Of a stretch of 64,000 nucleotides of DNA, positions 39,144 to 50,830 are shown piece after piece. The position numbers were made by a program, and so were the translations under genes. The stretch is from Chiloscyllium plagiosum (lineage: Eukaryota). The stretch's first letter is position 1, and each line of letters opens with the position of its first letter. The notes beneath the pieces are model-generated. The model was given only the letters and a program-made list of their open reading frames with translations. It was not told the origin of the DNA and ran no database searches. The DNA is taken from the NCBI RefSeq assembly GCF_004010195.1, contig NC_057719.1, positions 60,375,080-60,439,079 on the forward strand, read 5' to 3'.

Positions 39144-41880
39144 TTAAAGTGTGTATGCTTTAGTGCAAGGAGTGTCCGAAATAAGAGTGACGAACTGAGA
39201 GCATGGATCAGTACTTGGGACTACGATGTTGTGGCCATAACGGAGACGTGGGTTCCACAGGGGCAGGAATGGTTGCTTGATGTTCCAGGGTTTAGAACAT
39301 TTAAAAAGAACAGGGAGGGTGGAAAAAAGAGGAGGGGGTGAAGCATTGCTCATCAGAGAGTGCATCACAGCTACAGAAACAAAGGTTGTTGAGGAAGGTT
39401 TGTCTACTGAGTCAGTATGGGTTCAAGTTAGGAACAGCAAGGGAACAGCCACCGCATTGGGGGTTTTCTACAGACCACCTAATAGCAGTAGAGAGATTAA
39501 AGATCTCATTGGCGGGCAGATTCTTGAAAAATGCAGAAGTAGCAGGGTTGTTGTTATGGGTGATTTCAACTTTCCCAATATCGACTGGAACCTCCTAAGT
39601 GTAGATGGAACTAATTTTGTCAGGTGTGTTCAGGAGGATTTCCTTACTCAATATGTCGACAGACCGATGAGGGGCGAGGCCATTTTGGATTTGGTGTTCG
39701 GCAACGAGCCAGGACAGGTGTCAGATCTTGCGGTGGGAGAGCACTTTGGTGACAGTGATCACAACTGCCTCACATTTAGCATAGCCTTGGAAAGTGAAAG
39801 CAGCAATTACCGAGGGAAGATATTCAATTGGGGAAAAGGAAATTTTGCCAAAATCAGACAGGAGTTGGGATATAGACCGGGAGCAATTGTTCCACAGAAA
39901 GGGCACAGCAGACATGTGGAGACTATTTAAGAAGCAGTTGTTGCAAGTGATGCACAAATTTGTTCCTCTGAGACAGTTAAGAAGAGGTAAGATTAAGGAA
40001 CCTTGGATGACGAGAACAGAGGAACTTCTCGTCAAAAGGAAGAAGGCAGCTTATATAAGGTGGAGAAAGCAAGGATCTAGCACAGCTTTAGAGGATGACA
40101 GGCTTGCTAGAAAGGAGCTCAGAAATAGACTGAGGAGAGCCAGGAGGGGGCATGAAAAAGGCTTGGCAAGAAGGATTAGGGAGAACCCAAAGGCGTTTTA
40201 TTCATACGTGAGGAATAAGAGAATGATCAGGGAGATGGTAGGGCCGATCAGGGATAGCGGAGGGAACTTGTGTATGGAGTCTGAGCAGATAGGGGAAACC
40301 CTAAATGAGTTTTTGCTTCAGTTTTCACCAAGGAAAGGGAACTTGTTGTAAATGAAAACTTAGAGGAGCTGGGATACAGTCTTGACCAGATCAAGATTGA
40401 TGAAGTTGATGTGCTAGAAATTTTAGAAAACATTAAGATTGATAAGTCCCCAGGGCCAGACTAGATGTATCCTAGGCTGCTCCAGGAAGCGAGAAAGGAG
40501 GTTGCTAAGCTGCTGGCGAGGATATTTGCCTCCTCAATATCCACGGGAGTCGTAACGGAGGATTGGAAGGAGGTGAATGTTGTTCCTCTTTTAAGAAGGG
40601 TAATAGGGAAATCCCCGGCAAATACAGACCAGTCAGTCTTACGTCTGTGGTCAGCAAAGTTTTGGAAAGAATTCTGGGATAGTATTTATGACTATTTGGC
40701 AAAGCATAGTGTGATAGTATTTATGACTATTTGGCAAAGCATAGTGTGATTAAAGGCAGTCAGTATGGCTTTGTGAGGGGAAGGTCATGTCTCACAAATC
40801 TTACTGAGTTCTTTGAGGAGGTGTCAAGACAGGTCGACGATCGTTGAGCAGTGGATGTGGTGTTTATGGATTTCAGCAAGGCGTTATATAGGGTTCCCCA
40901 TGGTAGGCTCATTCATAAAGTCAGGAAGTATGGGATACAGGGACATTTGGCTATCTGGATTCAGAATTGGCTGGCTGACAGAAGGTTGTAGATGGAAAGT
41001 ATTCTGCCTGGAGGACAGTGTTGAGTGAGATGCTGCAGGGCTCTGTACTTGGGCCTCTGCTCTTTGTAGATTTTATAAATTACTTGGATGAGGAGGTTGA
41101 TGGGTGGGTTAGTAAATTTGCAGATGACACAAAGGTTGGAGGTGTCATCGATAGTATAGAGGGCTACTGCAGGCTGCAGCGCGACATAGACAGGATGCAG
41201 AGTTGGGCTGAGAAATGGCAGATCGAGTTCAACCTGGATAAATGCGAAGTGATGCATTTTGGAAGGTCGAACTCAAATGCTGAATATCGGATTAAAGACA
41301 GGATTCTTGGCAGTGTGGAGGAACAGAGGGATCTGGGTGTGCAAGTACATAGATCCCTCAAAGTTTCGACCCAAGTGGATAGGGTTGTTAAGAAAGCATA
41401 TGGTGTTTTGGCTTTCATCAACAGGCGGATGGAGTTCAAGAGCCGTGAGGTTTTGCTGCAGCTCTACTAGTCCCTGGTGAGACCACACTTGGAATATTGT
41501 GTCCAGTTCTGGTCACCCAACTATAGGAAAGATACAGAGGCTTTGGAGAGGGTGCATAGAAGGTGTACCAGGATGCTGCCTGGACTGGAGGGCTTGCCTT
41601 ATGAAGAAAGGTTGAATAGGCTCAGACTTTTCTCTCTGGAGAGGAGGAAGAGAGGAGACCTGATAGAGGTGTACAAAATAATGAGAGGAATAGATAGAGT
41701 CAATAGTCAGAGACTTTTCCCCAGGACAGGATTGACTGATACGAGAAGTCATAGTTTGAAGATATTAGGAGTAAGGTAGGTTCTTTACACAGAGAGTCGA
41801 GAATGCATGGAATGCGTTGCCAGCTGTGGTGGTGGAAGCAGAGTCATTGGGGACATTTAAGTGACTGCTGGACATGCACA
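39144..41880 (+). pseudogene. CR1 ORF2: APE endonuclease and reverse transcriptase, multiply disrupted
   Basis: [67 protein letters not shown]. Confidence 0.95.
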
Positions 41881-44309
41881 TGGATAGCAGTAAGTTGAGG
41901 GGTGCATAGGTTGTTACTATATTTTACATTAGGATTAAGTCTCGGCACAACATCGTGGGCCAAAGGGCCTGTTCTGTGCTGTACTTTTCTATGTTCTATG
42001 TTCCCCCACTCCCAATCCAAATGACTGAATAAAGTCTATTCTTCATCAAAACTAAATCAAGGATTTTCAATGAGCTGATGCTAGCCTAGCATATGCTGGT
42101 TATGCAAGAAAATATTCAGAAATAAATGACTTATACATATTGTTTGCATTGATACACTATATTAAACAGATACTCTGCCGAGTAGAAGTGGAATATATAA
42201 TAATGGAGAGTGAACGTGACTGATAAAATAATGACTCTCTGGTTTAAATGGTAGGAGAGAAATTCAAATCAATTCAACCAATTTTTCTAGTGTAAAATAA
42301 GTGTTCAACCTGAAAATTTTATATCATTATCTGCTGTGACTGAACAGCAGAGGAACTGCACAGATGCCATAATGAGTTGAGTGATTTTAGTTATTTAGAG
42401 TGCCAGCCTGAAAGCAGCAGGGGCTGGGTAAATACATTAAATTAGGATCCTGGTTCTGTTGAACAGAATTGTCCATCCTACAACACAAGCCATGATGTGT
42501 CAGATTTTGGCAGGGTGGTGGGATTCATGACTGCACCTGCGTTATTTCAATGAATTCTCAACTACATTTAGGTAAGCCTTTGGTTAGTCATTTTAGACGG
42601 TTGTTACATGTAAACTTATTTCTAGCTGAGTTTCTTAAAAGAAAACATTTGGAACTGCAAGGTAGCCTTTGCATCAAGTGACTCTTTTAACATAGGTGTG
42701 CTTCTTGGCCTGTTACTGGAGTTCGATGGTATAAAGAAGAAGGAGCAACTTGATGAAAAAACAGAAACTTGCATCTGTTATTGTAGCATAATTGCCTCAT
42801 AATTTCCCCACCATGAATCAATGAATTCACATAAAAAGCTTAAGTCCCACCAATAATTCATCAACTATAACCAAAGGAGAAATGAGCACCAATTTGGCTG
42901 GTACTTCTTGCTAGCATTACTTGCTGCATGTTGTAGTCACTGTGCACCTGTTTTAAGCACAAGCTGAAGTTATCTTCAGACAATTTTAAGACTCATATTT
43001 GAAGGTGATCAGACAACAAATTTATGCCTATGCTGGCAATCAAAAACAAAATAGATTTAGCTTGTGACAATTCAAGCACATTCAATATTTCATTTTAAGT
43101 GCCTTTGATAAATATACAGAAAAGTACAATATGTGAAGCGAGATCACTCCATCACAAAGACGCAAAATAAATATTCTTTCATTTAATTGTTCAGATAATG
43201 CATTATTGTCCATGCCAGATAGGAGAAATATAAATTGTGGAAAAATAATATTTTCTACACCTTCCCAATACATTGTGGACAAATATTTATTTTCAAATTA
43301 ATTTTAATGTATCCTTAATTGGAAAAAAGATAAACCTTTTTTTAGTGTAACACACTTGCTACAGTGCATTAAATTATTTAACTTCAGAAATTTGCTTCCT
43401 CTGGCTACTTAACTGAACCGTACAATTAATTAGGTGTTCATTCAGCATGGTCATATTTTTAAAGTATATTCATAGTGGTTGATTCAGGAAAGTGAAATAT
43501 AGTAAAACAGAATCTGGCCAAAATTTGAGCAAAGAAATAATATTTACATAAAAGAATAGCTGTGCATATTAAATGCAAAAACTAATTTGCTGGTCAAAAC
43601 AGAGTTAATGATCATTTTACTGCAGCTGAGGTGATAAATTAAATAGTTTTTTTTTATTTTTTAGTTGGAAATTAAATTCAGTAGCAGAAACGTCTTAAAG
43701 TATTTTAGCAAAGAATAGTCGACCTGAATATCTTAATTTAATCATCTTTGAAATAAATTAATAGCATCAATGATAAAACAAAACAGGCAAAAAATTTCCA
43801 ATCAAAATAATAATCAGGTGAAGAGTACTTTCCATTATTTTTGTGTCCATGTTATGGGTCAGACATAGGCCATTGACGACAGAAATTCATAAGTTGCTTC
43901 CAAGTCACACCATTTCATCTTTAGCTTTGCAAAAATTTGAAATGCATCTAGTGGTATGAGGTTACTAGATAAATCTAAACTTATTTACAAAGCTTTTTTT
44001 TTCGTTTAAGTCAAAATATTACATTATTGGTGTCTGTCATGTTAATTGTTGGAGTCAACTCTCTGCCAAATATAAAATTATTTTCCTTTTTTTTCTCTCA
44101 ATCCAATCTTTGTGGTTTGGTACATGATTAAATTCACTCACTTTAATATGCATTTCCATAAGCTAGTAATTCCCCAATCTTTCAATATGATTGGTTAAGT
44201 AGATGTGACTTTACTGCCTCATGCTGTCTCAGAGATGTTCTGTTCCCCAGTTCTACTGCATTCTCTGGCATGTTTGATGTTATAACAAGAAGCCTTTTCT
44301 TTCCTTTCA

Positions 44310-46560
44310 GGCATTAAAGGAACGCAAGCTGCAACAACTCAGCTACTCATACCCCTCTGGAATATTCTTCTCCTCCCCTCCCCTTCCCTCTGACTCCATC
44401 CTTTCATCTAACTCCATTTCTTATACTATCCCTGCCTATATTATCTTCTTGTCTCTGTTGGATGTTCTGTACTCAGTAACAGTCTTAGTTTTATCCCTTT
44501 GTGCCCCTACCTTAAATGAATTTTGGGCACAATGTGACATTGAACTCATATTCTGTCGCCTCTTCCTCCCTGCCCAATTCTTTGGAAGGAGTCCTCTCCC
44601 TGTCTCACAGATGCATTCACCCACCTCCAACACTCTCTGTCCAACTGGACCCCTCCCTCTGGCCTTTTACTTGAACTCAACTTTCTCATTGAGAACTGTT
44701 GAAATGACATTGGTCACCTTAATTTCTTCTACCTTTTCCCTGAAATCCACAAACAGGACTACTTGGGCAGCCCCATTGTTTCTGTTTATTCCCATCCTAC
44801 AGAAGTCATTTCTTCCCATCTCAACTCTATTTTTCCTCCCCTTGTCCGGTCCCTTCCCACTTACATAAGTGATTCTTCTGACACTTTATGCCAGTTTCAA
44901 AATTTCCAGTTTGGGGTATCAACAGCCTCCTACTCGCAAACCCTTTACACATCCATTCCCTGATTAGGATCATACTAGGGCTCTCAATTTCTTTCAGGAT
45001 AGAAGGCCTGAACCATCCCATCTGCCTCCACCTGGCCAAGCTTGTCCTCATTTTGAACAACTTCTCCTTTCTTCAAATCAAAGGGTGACCATGGGGACCT
45101 GCATGGGTCCTAGTTATACCTGTTTCTTTGAGGGGTAAATGGAATATTCCAAGTTCAAGTCCTACTTGGGCTCCCACCTATAATTCTTTCTCTAGTACGC
45201 CGCTGACATCATTGGTGCTGCTTCCCTCTCTGGTCTGGAATTGGAAAAGTTTATCAATTTCACTTCCAATTTCCACCTTGATCTCATCTTCATCTGGTCA
45301 ATCTCAGATTCCTCTTTTCCTTAACATATGTTTCAATTTCTGGGTATAGGGTAGTCACAAATATCCATAACAAACCCAGCAAATTCTACAGTTAACTTGA
45401 CAATATGTCCTCACATCTATTTCCTGTAAGGACTTCCTCTCATTCACCCAGGCTTTATGCCTCTGTTGCATCCATTCTGATGATACCATCATCTACAGGA
45501 GGGCCTCAGAAATGTCTACCTTTTTTCTCAACCCAGGACTCATCTCCACTGTGGGTGACAGGGCCCTGAGCCAAACGATCCAAAAGTTTGTATGAAGCCA
45601 TTTCTGTCACCTCCAGCAGAATGCCACAACGAGACACAGTCTCCCCTATCCTCCTTTGTCAGCATTATACAGGGATTGTTCCCTTTGGGACATCTTGGTC
45701 CACTCATCTTTCACTCCCAACACTTCCCCAAACTACCTTCCCCTGCAATTGCAAAGGTGTAATACCTGCTCATTTACTTCCTCCCTCCTCACTATCCAAG
45801 GTCCCAGACACACTTTCCAGGTGAAGCAGCAATTCATTTGCATGTCTTTCAATCTAGTCAACTGTATTCGCTGCTCACAATGTGGTCTCCTCTACAATGG
45901 GGAGATGAAGCACAGACTGGGTGACCTTTGCAGAACACCTATGTTCTGTCAATAAAATATGACAAACATCTAGGTGCCTGTCGCTCCAACACACCACCAT
46001 GTTCTCTGGCCAACATCTCTGACTTGAGCTTGCTGCAGTACTCCTGCAAAGCTCAGCACAAGCTTGAAGAACACTGTCTTACTTTCCACTTTGGGATCCT
46101 GCAGCCTTTGTGACTCAACATCGAGTTCAATGACATAAGAGCCTGATTTCATCCTTCCATGTTTTATACCCAGCCCCACACCCTGGTCCGATAACATGGA
46201 TTGCTTTTCGCACTTCCGACCTATTCTCTCCTACTCAGCTCTCATTATTACTAACTCAGCTTATCTTCTGACATGATCTACTATCAATAATTCCCTCATT
46301 TGCTGACCCTTTCATATCTCTCTTGCTGGGCTCCATCTCTATCTATCCACTCACCACGCCCATCCACATCCCCTCTCCCCTACCAACCTAATTTTCAGCA
46401 CAAATACCACATTTTCCTCCCTGCTATCAATTTTGATGAAGAATCACAGAACTCAAAATGTTAATTTTGCTTTCTCCCTACAGATGCTACTAGACCTGCT
46501 GAGTTTCGTCAGCATTTCTGTTTTTTTTTTCAGCTCTCTAACATCCGCAGTTTTGTTTTA
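44310..46560 (+). mobile_element. Degraded Penelope-like retroelement (RT, GIY-YIG endonuclease, 3' terminal repeat)
   Basis: LILNNFSF, QIKG*TMGTCMGPSY, RCNTC, NLVNCIRCSQCGLLYNGEMKHRLGD, HKLEEHCLTFHFGILQP; terminal repeat with tgatgaa...aaaatgtt at 46435. Confidence 0.85.
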
Positions 46561-47239
46561 TTTTATTATCATACAGTGGCTTGATCTGTTCACTTCAGCG
46601 CAATGTGTCATTTCCCTTGCTATGATGTTATCAGCTCGCTTTTTCAGTAACTTGCAGCAAAACATCACTATGATTAAATAGGAAAGACAATTGTATATTG
46701 TGTGCCATCTAACCAATGGCACACAATACACAATGCACTGCTACAGAAAAGTTTAGTCCAATATAATTTAATATTTAATAATTCTGAAATGCTTTCCTGA
46801 GGAGGATTGTTTGGCCAATCAAATTTCAGAACTGCTGTATGACCAATTCACAAGTTAATATTAAATATCAGTTCTACAACATAATGGCAAATTATAATTA
46901 TCACATAATGAATTTACTAATAATTCTAATATTACACATCCCAATTTAAAAAATGAATAGTATAGGAGAAACTTGCATTCATATAGCACCTTTAACAATA
47001 TAAAACACAACTAAGGTAATGCAAGTGAGCATTATGAAGCAAAACTGGACAGAGAGCCACATTAACTTAGATATTAAAGTAGATTTTTAAGGATTGAAGG
47101 AGGAAAGGGAGGGAGAGTTGTAGAAAGGAAGGAAGGAGTTCTAGAACTTAGAGACTTGACAGCTGAAGGTATAGTTATCAATGGTAGCAGATTTGCTATT
47201 GGGTGCTTGAATAGGCCAGAATTAGAGAAGTACAGATAT

Positions 47240-48495
47240 AGAGTCATAGAGTTATACAGCATGAAAACAGACTCTTCAGTCTAACTCATCCACACTGACC
47301 AGACATCTCAAACTGACCTGGTCACATTTGCCAGTATTTGGCCCTTATCCCTCTAAACCCTTCCTATTCTATATACCCATCTAGATGCCTTTTAAATGTT
47401 GTAATTGTACCCGCCTCCACTACTTCCTCTGACAGCTCGTTCCATACATGCACCACCCTCTGCATGAAAACTTTATCCATCAGGTCCTTTTTAACTCTTT
47501 CCCCACTCACATTAAAACTATGCCCTCAAGTTTTGGACTTCCCTGCCCTAGGATGAAGAACTCGGCTATTCACCCTATCCATGTCCCTCATGGTCTTATA
47601 AACCTCCATGAGGTCACCCCTCAGCCTCTGATATTCCAGGGAAAATAGCCACAGCCCCTTTAGCCTCTCCCTATAACTTAAAACACGCCAGTGTCAGCAA
47701 CATCCTTGTAAATCTTTTCTGCACCCTGTCAGGTTTAACAACATCCTTCCTAAAGAAGAGCAACCAGAATTATACACAGTGGCTTCACCAATGTGCTATG
47801 AAGCCACATCATGACATCCCATATCCAACACTCTTTGCTCTGACCAATGAAGGCAAAACGTGCCAAATGCCTTCTTCACCACCCTGACCACCTGCAACTC
47901 TTTCAAGGCAGCTGGAAATGTGCACCTGCACCCCTAGGTCTCTTTGTTTGTTAACACTCTCCAGCACCCTACAATTAACTGTATAAATCCTGCCCTGGTT
48001 GGCCTTCTCAAAATGTAGCACCTTACATTCATCTAAATTAAGTTCCATCTGTCACTCCTCAGCCCACTGGCTCATCCTATCAAGGTCCCATTTTACTCTG
48101 AGATAACTTTCTTCACTGTCCCCTATACCGCCTATTTTGGTGTCATCTGCAAAATTACTGACCAGATCTCTTATATTCACAACCAAATCATTTATATGAA
48201 TGATGAAAGGCAGTGGACACAGCACTGCACCTTATGGAATACTACTGGTCTCAGGCCTCCAGTCTGATAGCAACTATTTACCACCACCCTGTCTTCTACC
48301 TTCAAGCTAATTTTGTCTTAATTTTGTATCCAATCACATGGGATCCAGGAGGAACTAGCCAATTATAAAATGTGATATAACCTTACTGACCAGTCTACCA
48401 TACAGAATCTAGTTGAAAACTTTGCTAAACTCCATTTGGACAACATTTACCACTCTGCTTTCATCAATCTCCTTTGTCACTTCTTCAAAAAATTC
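47240..48495 (-). mobile_element. 5'-truncated CR1 LINE (flanked by L2-like fragments at ~46960-47230 and ~48500-48660)
   Basis: ELNLDECKVLHF, QRDLGVQVH, FADDTKIG on minus strand; atagagtcatagag tail. Confidence 0.9.
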
Positions 48496-49984
48496 AGTCT
48501 CTTGGAAAACTGTGCACTAAAGGAGATTACAGATCCAGGAACAGGGCAGCACACTGAGAAATTTGAAAACATCGATGAGAATTTTAAAATCAAGTACTGT
48601 TTAACTAGATTCTAAATGGAGGTCGGCTATGATTGGGGTGATAGGTGATAGGGTATAAGGTAGGGCAGAACAGCACAGATTCCCAATCTCAGCTGTATTA
48701 ATGTGAGAAAATAATGGTTTGAATACTTTGGTTACCTACAAGAGTTATAAAACCTCAAAAGTATTACCATAAGTCTTCAAAAAGGCATTAATTACTGATA
48801 TATGGCATAGCCAATCAGAAACAAATCAAACAAGATGATAAAGGAAATATCAGGGTAACTTGAAATAGATTAGATGTCGTTTTGGAAGAGATAATATATT
48901 AGTTTGATCTACTTTGATAGGCCAAATAACCTATTTCCTTCTGTGTTCTTCCTTACATTATAACCAAGATCTTCAAATATTTGGGCCACACTAGATCTTG
49001 TTTATGACAAAGATAGAAGGAATGCAATACACTCATTCCACTATACCACAGGTCACAACTTAGTTCCCAATATGGATAATGAATCCTTTCTTTACATTAA
49101 AGTTGGAATAAAAAGTATCTATCCACCAATTTATTTAATCAACACAAAATTAATAATTTACCATAAAACATATACCCTCCAAATAACTAAAAGGACTGAC
49201 ACGTACACATCAGGTATGCAGAGATTTATTTTGTGAGAAAAAAGGTTTTGGCCAATAATGATGAACTCCTGAAGGAAATGGAATGATCAAGAGTGGAATA
49301 TTTGGATGGCTATTGATTTGGCAGCTGAGACATGTAGAGAGGTCACTAGACATAGCAATTGTCTCTGGGATATTGATAAATGCAGATTGCTCAGAAACAT
49401 GAAATCAAGAAGTTTTCAGTCACGCTTCAAGAGGACAGTCATATTTCACACTGGATTCATAGCAAGCATATTTCAAAAGCAGAAGGAAATTACTGAACAG
49501 CCTATACTGCAATATGTCAACCTTAACTGATAACCAATCCCGCCAACTGCATGCAAAACACTGTTCAAACAGAATTGCTAGAAAATCCAGTTAGCTGACC
49601 TCCAGCAAACAAGGCTAGCAATTAGCTGCCACCATGTGGCTTCCTAGAAATTGAACTTTTTTAAACAACGCAATGTGTCTATTCATGGACCTCTAAAAAA
49701 ATGCACCTTTACACCACTTGAAATAAATCCATTCCTCCAGAATCCTTCAAAACTCAAGTCCTCAAAAATATTCAATATTAAATCTTCATAACAACAAAAT
49801 GCACTCATTGGCTAAAAATTAACTGTACACTTCCGTAAACTATTCAGAACTTCTTGTATTATGCGTTTTCTACACTGGTACAGACTTAATTGTCTGTGCA
49901 TTGTTGGGATCTTAGCAGCCAGAACTGAATCCCACAGGAGACTTCAAAACTTGAACGTATTTGGCATATTAAACACAGTATTGT

Positions 49985-50830
49985 TATGGTACAGGAGTCC
50001 ATTCGGTCCATTGTAATTATACCGATTCTATTACCTCATGCCAATCTCTTGCCTTTTCCTCATATCCCTGCAGATCATCTCTATACAAATAGTCATCCAA
50101 TGTCCTCTTGAACACCTCAACTGAACATGCCTCCACCATATTTCCAGGCAGTATGCCCCATACCCGATGTACTCAATGGGAGATACATCACCTTTGCCTT
50201 GGTTGCACATCACTTTAATTCTATGCCCACTCATTCTTTTTCTTTTACAGCTTCTCCCTTTCTTTTCTGTCCAGCCCACTCATGATTTTGAAAACTTCTA
50301 TCAAATCTCCTCTCAGTCTTCTTTTTTCCAAGGAGAACTGTCCCAACTTCTTCAATCTATCCTCATAACTGAGGTTTCTCACTCGCGAAACTATTCTTGT
50401 AAATCGCTTCTCTGTTCTCTCTGAAGTATTGATTTCCTAATTGTGCCGCTCCAACTCTGCACAATAATCCAGCAGAGGTCTAACATGTAAATTGTACAAG
50501 TTCAATGTCACCTCCCTCCTCTTATATTTTATGCCCCTGTTAATAAAGCCAAGAACAGAGTATGCTTCATTAATTGCTCCTTCCACAACATTGAAAACAA
50601 AGTGCAACACCTCACACTTCTCTGCAATGAATCTCATCTACCACCTATCAAGCCAACTTGCCAGTGTATTTTTGGAGTGCCACACTGTCATTGTCACAGT
50701 TTACAGTTCTTCCCAAGTTTAGCATCAACTGCAAATTTTGAAGTCACCCCCTGCACACCAAGATCCAGATAAGTAATAAATATTAGGAAAAGCAAGGGAT
50801 CCAATACAGACTCCTGAAGAACTTCAAACC
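49985..50830 (-). mobile_element. Degraded CR1 3' fragment
   Basis: QESVLDPLLFLIFI, SKFAVDAKLG, EKCEVLHF, LGFINRGIKYK, VRPLLDYC. Confidence 0.85.

Larger units (their letters stand above)
38042..42003 (+). mobile_element. Near full-length CR1 LINE
   Basis: ORF1, ORF2 and 3' (ttctatg)n tail; probable target duplication ccccact(t/c)cc(t/a)at at 38029-38041 and 42004-42016. Confidence 0.97.
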
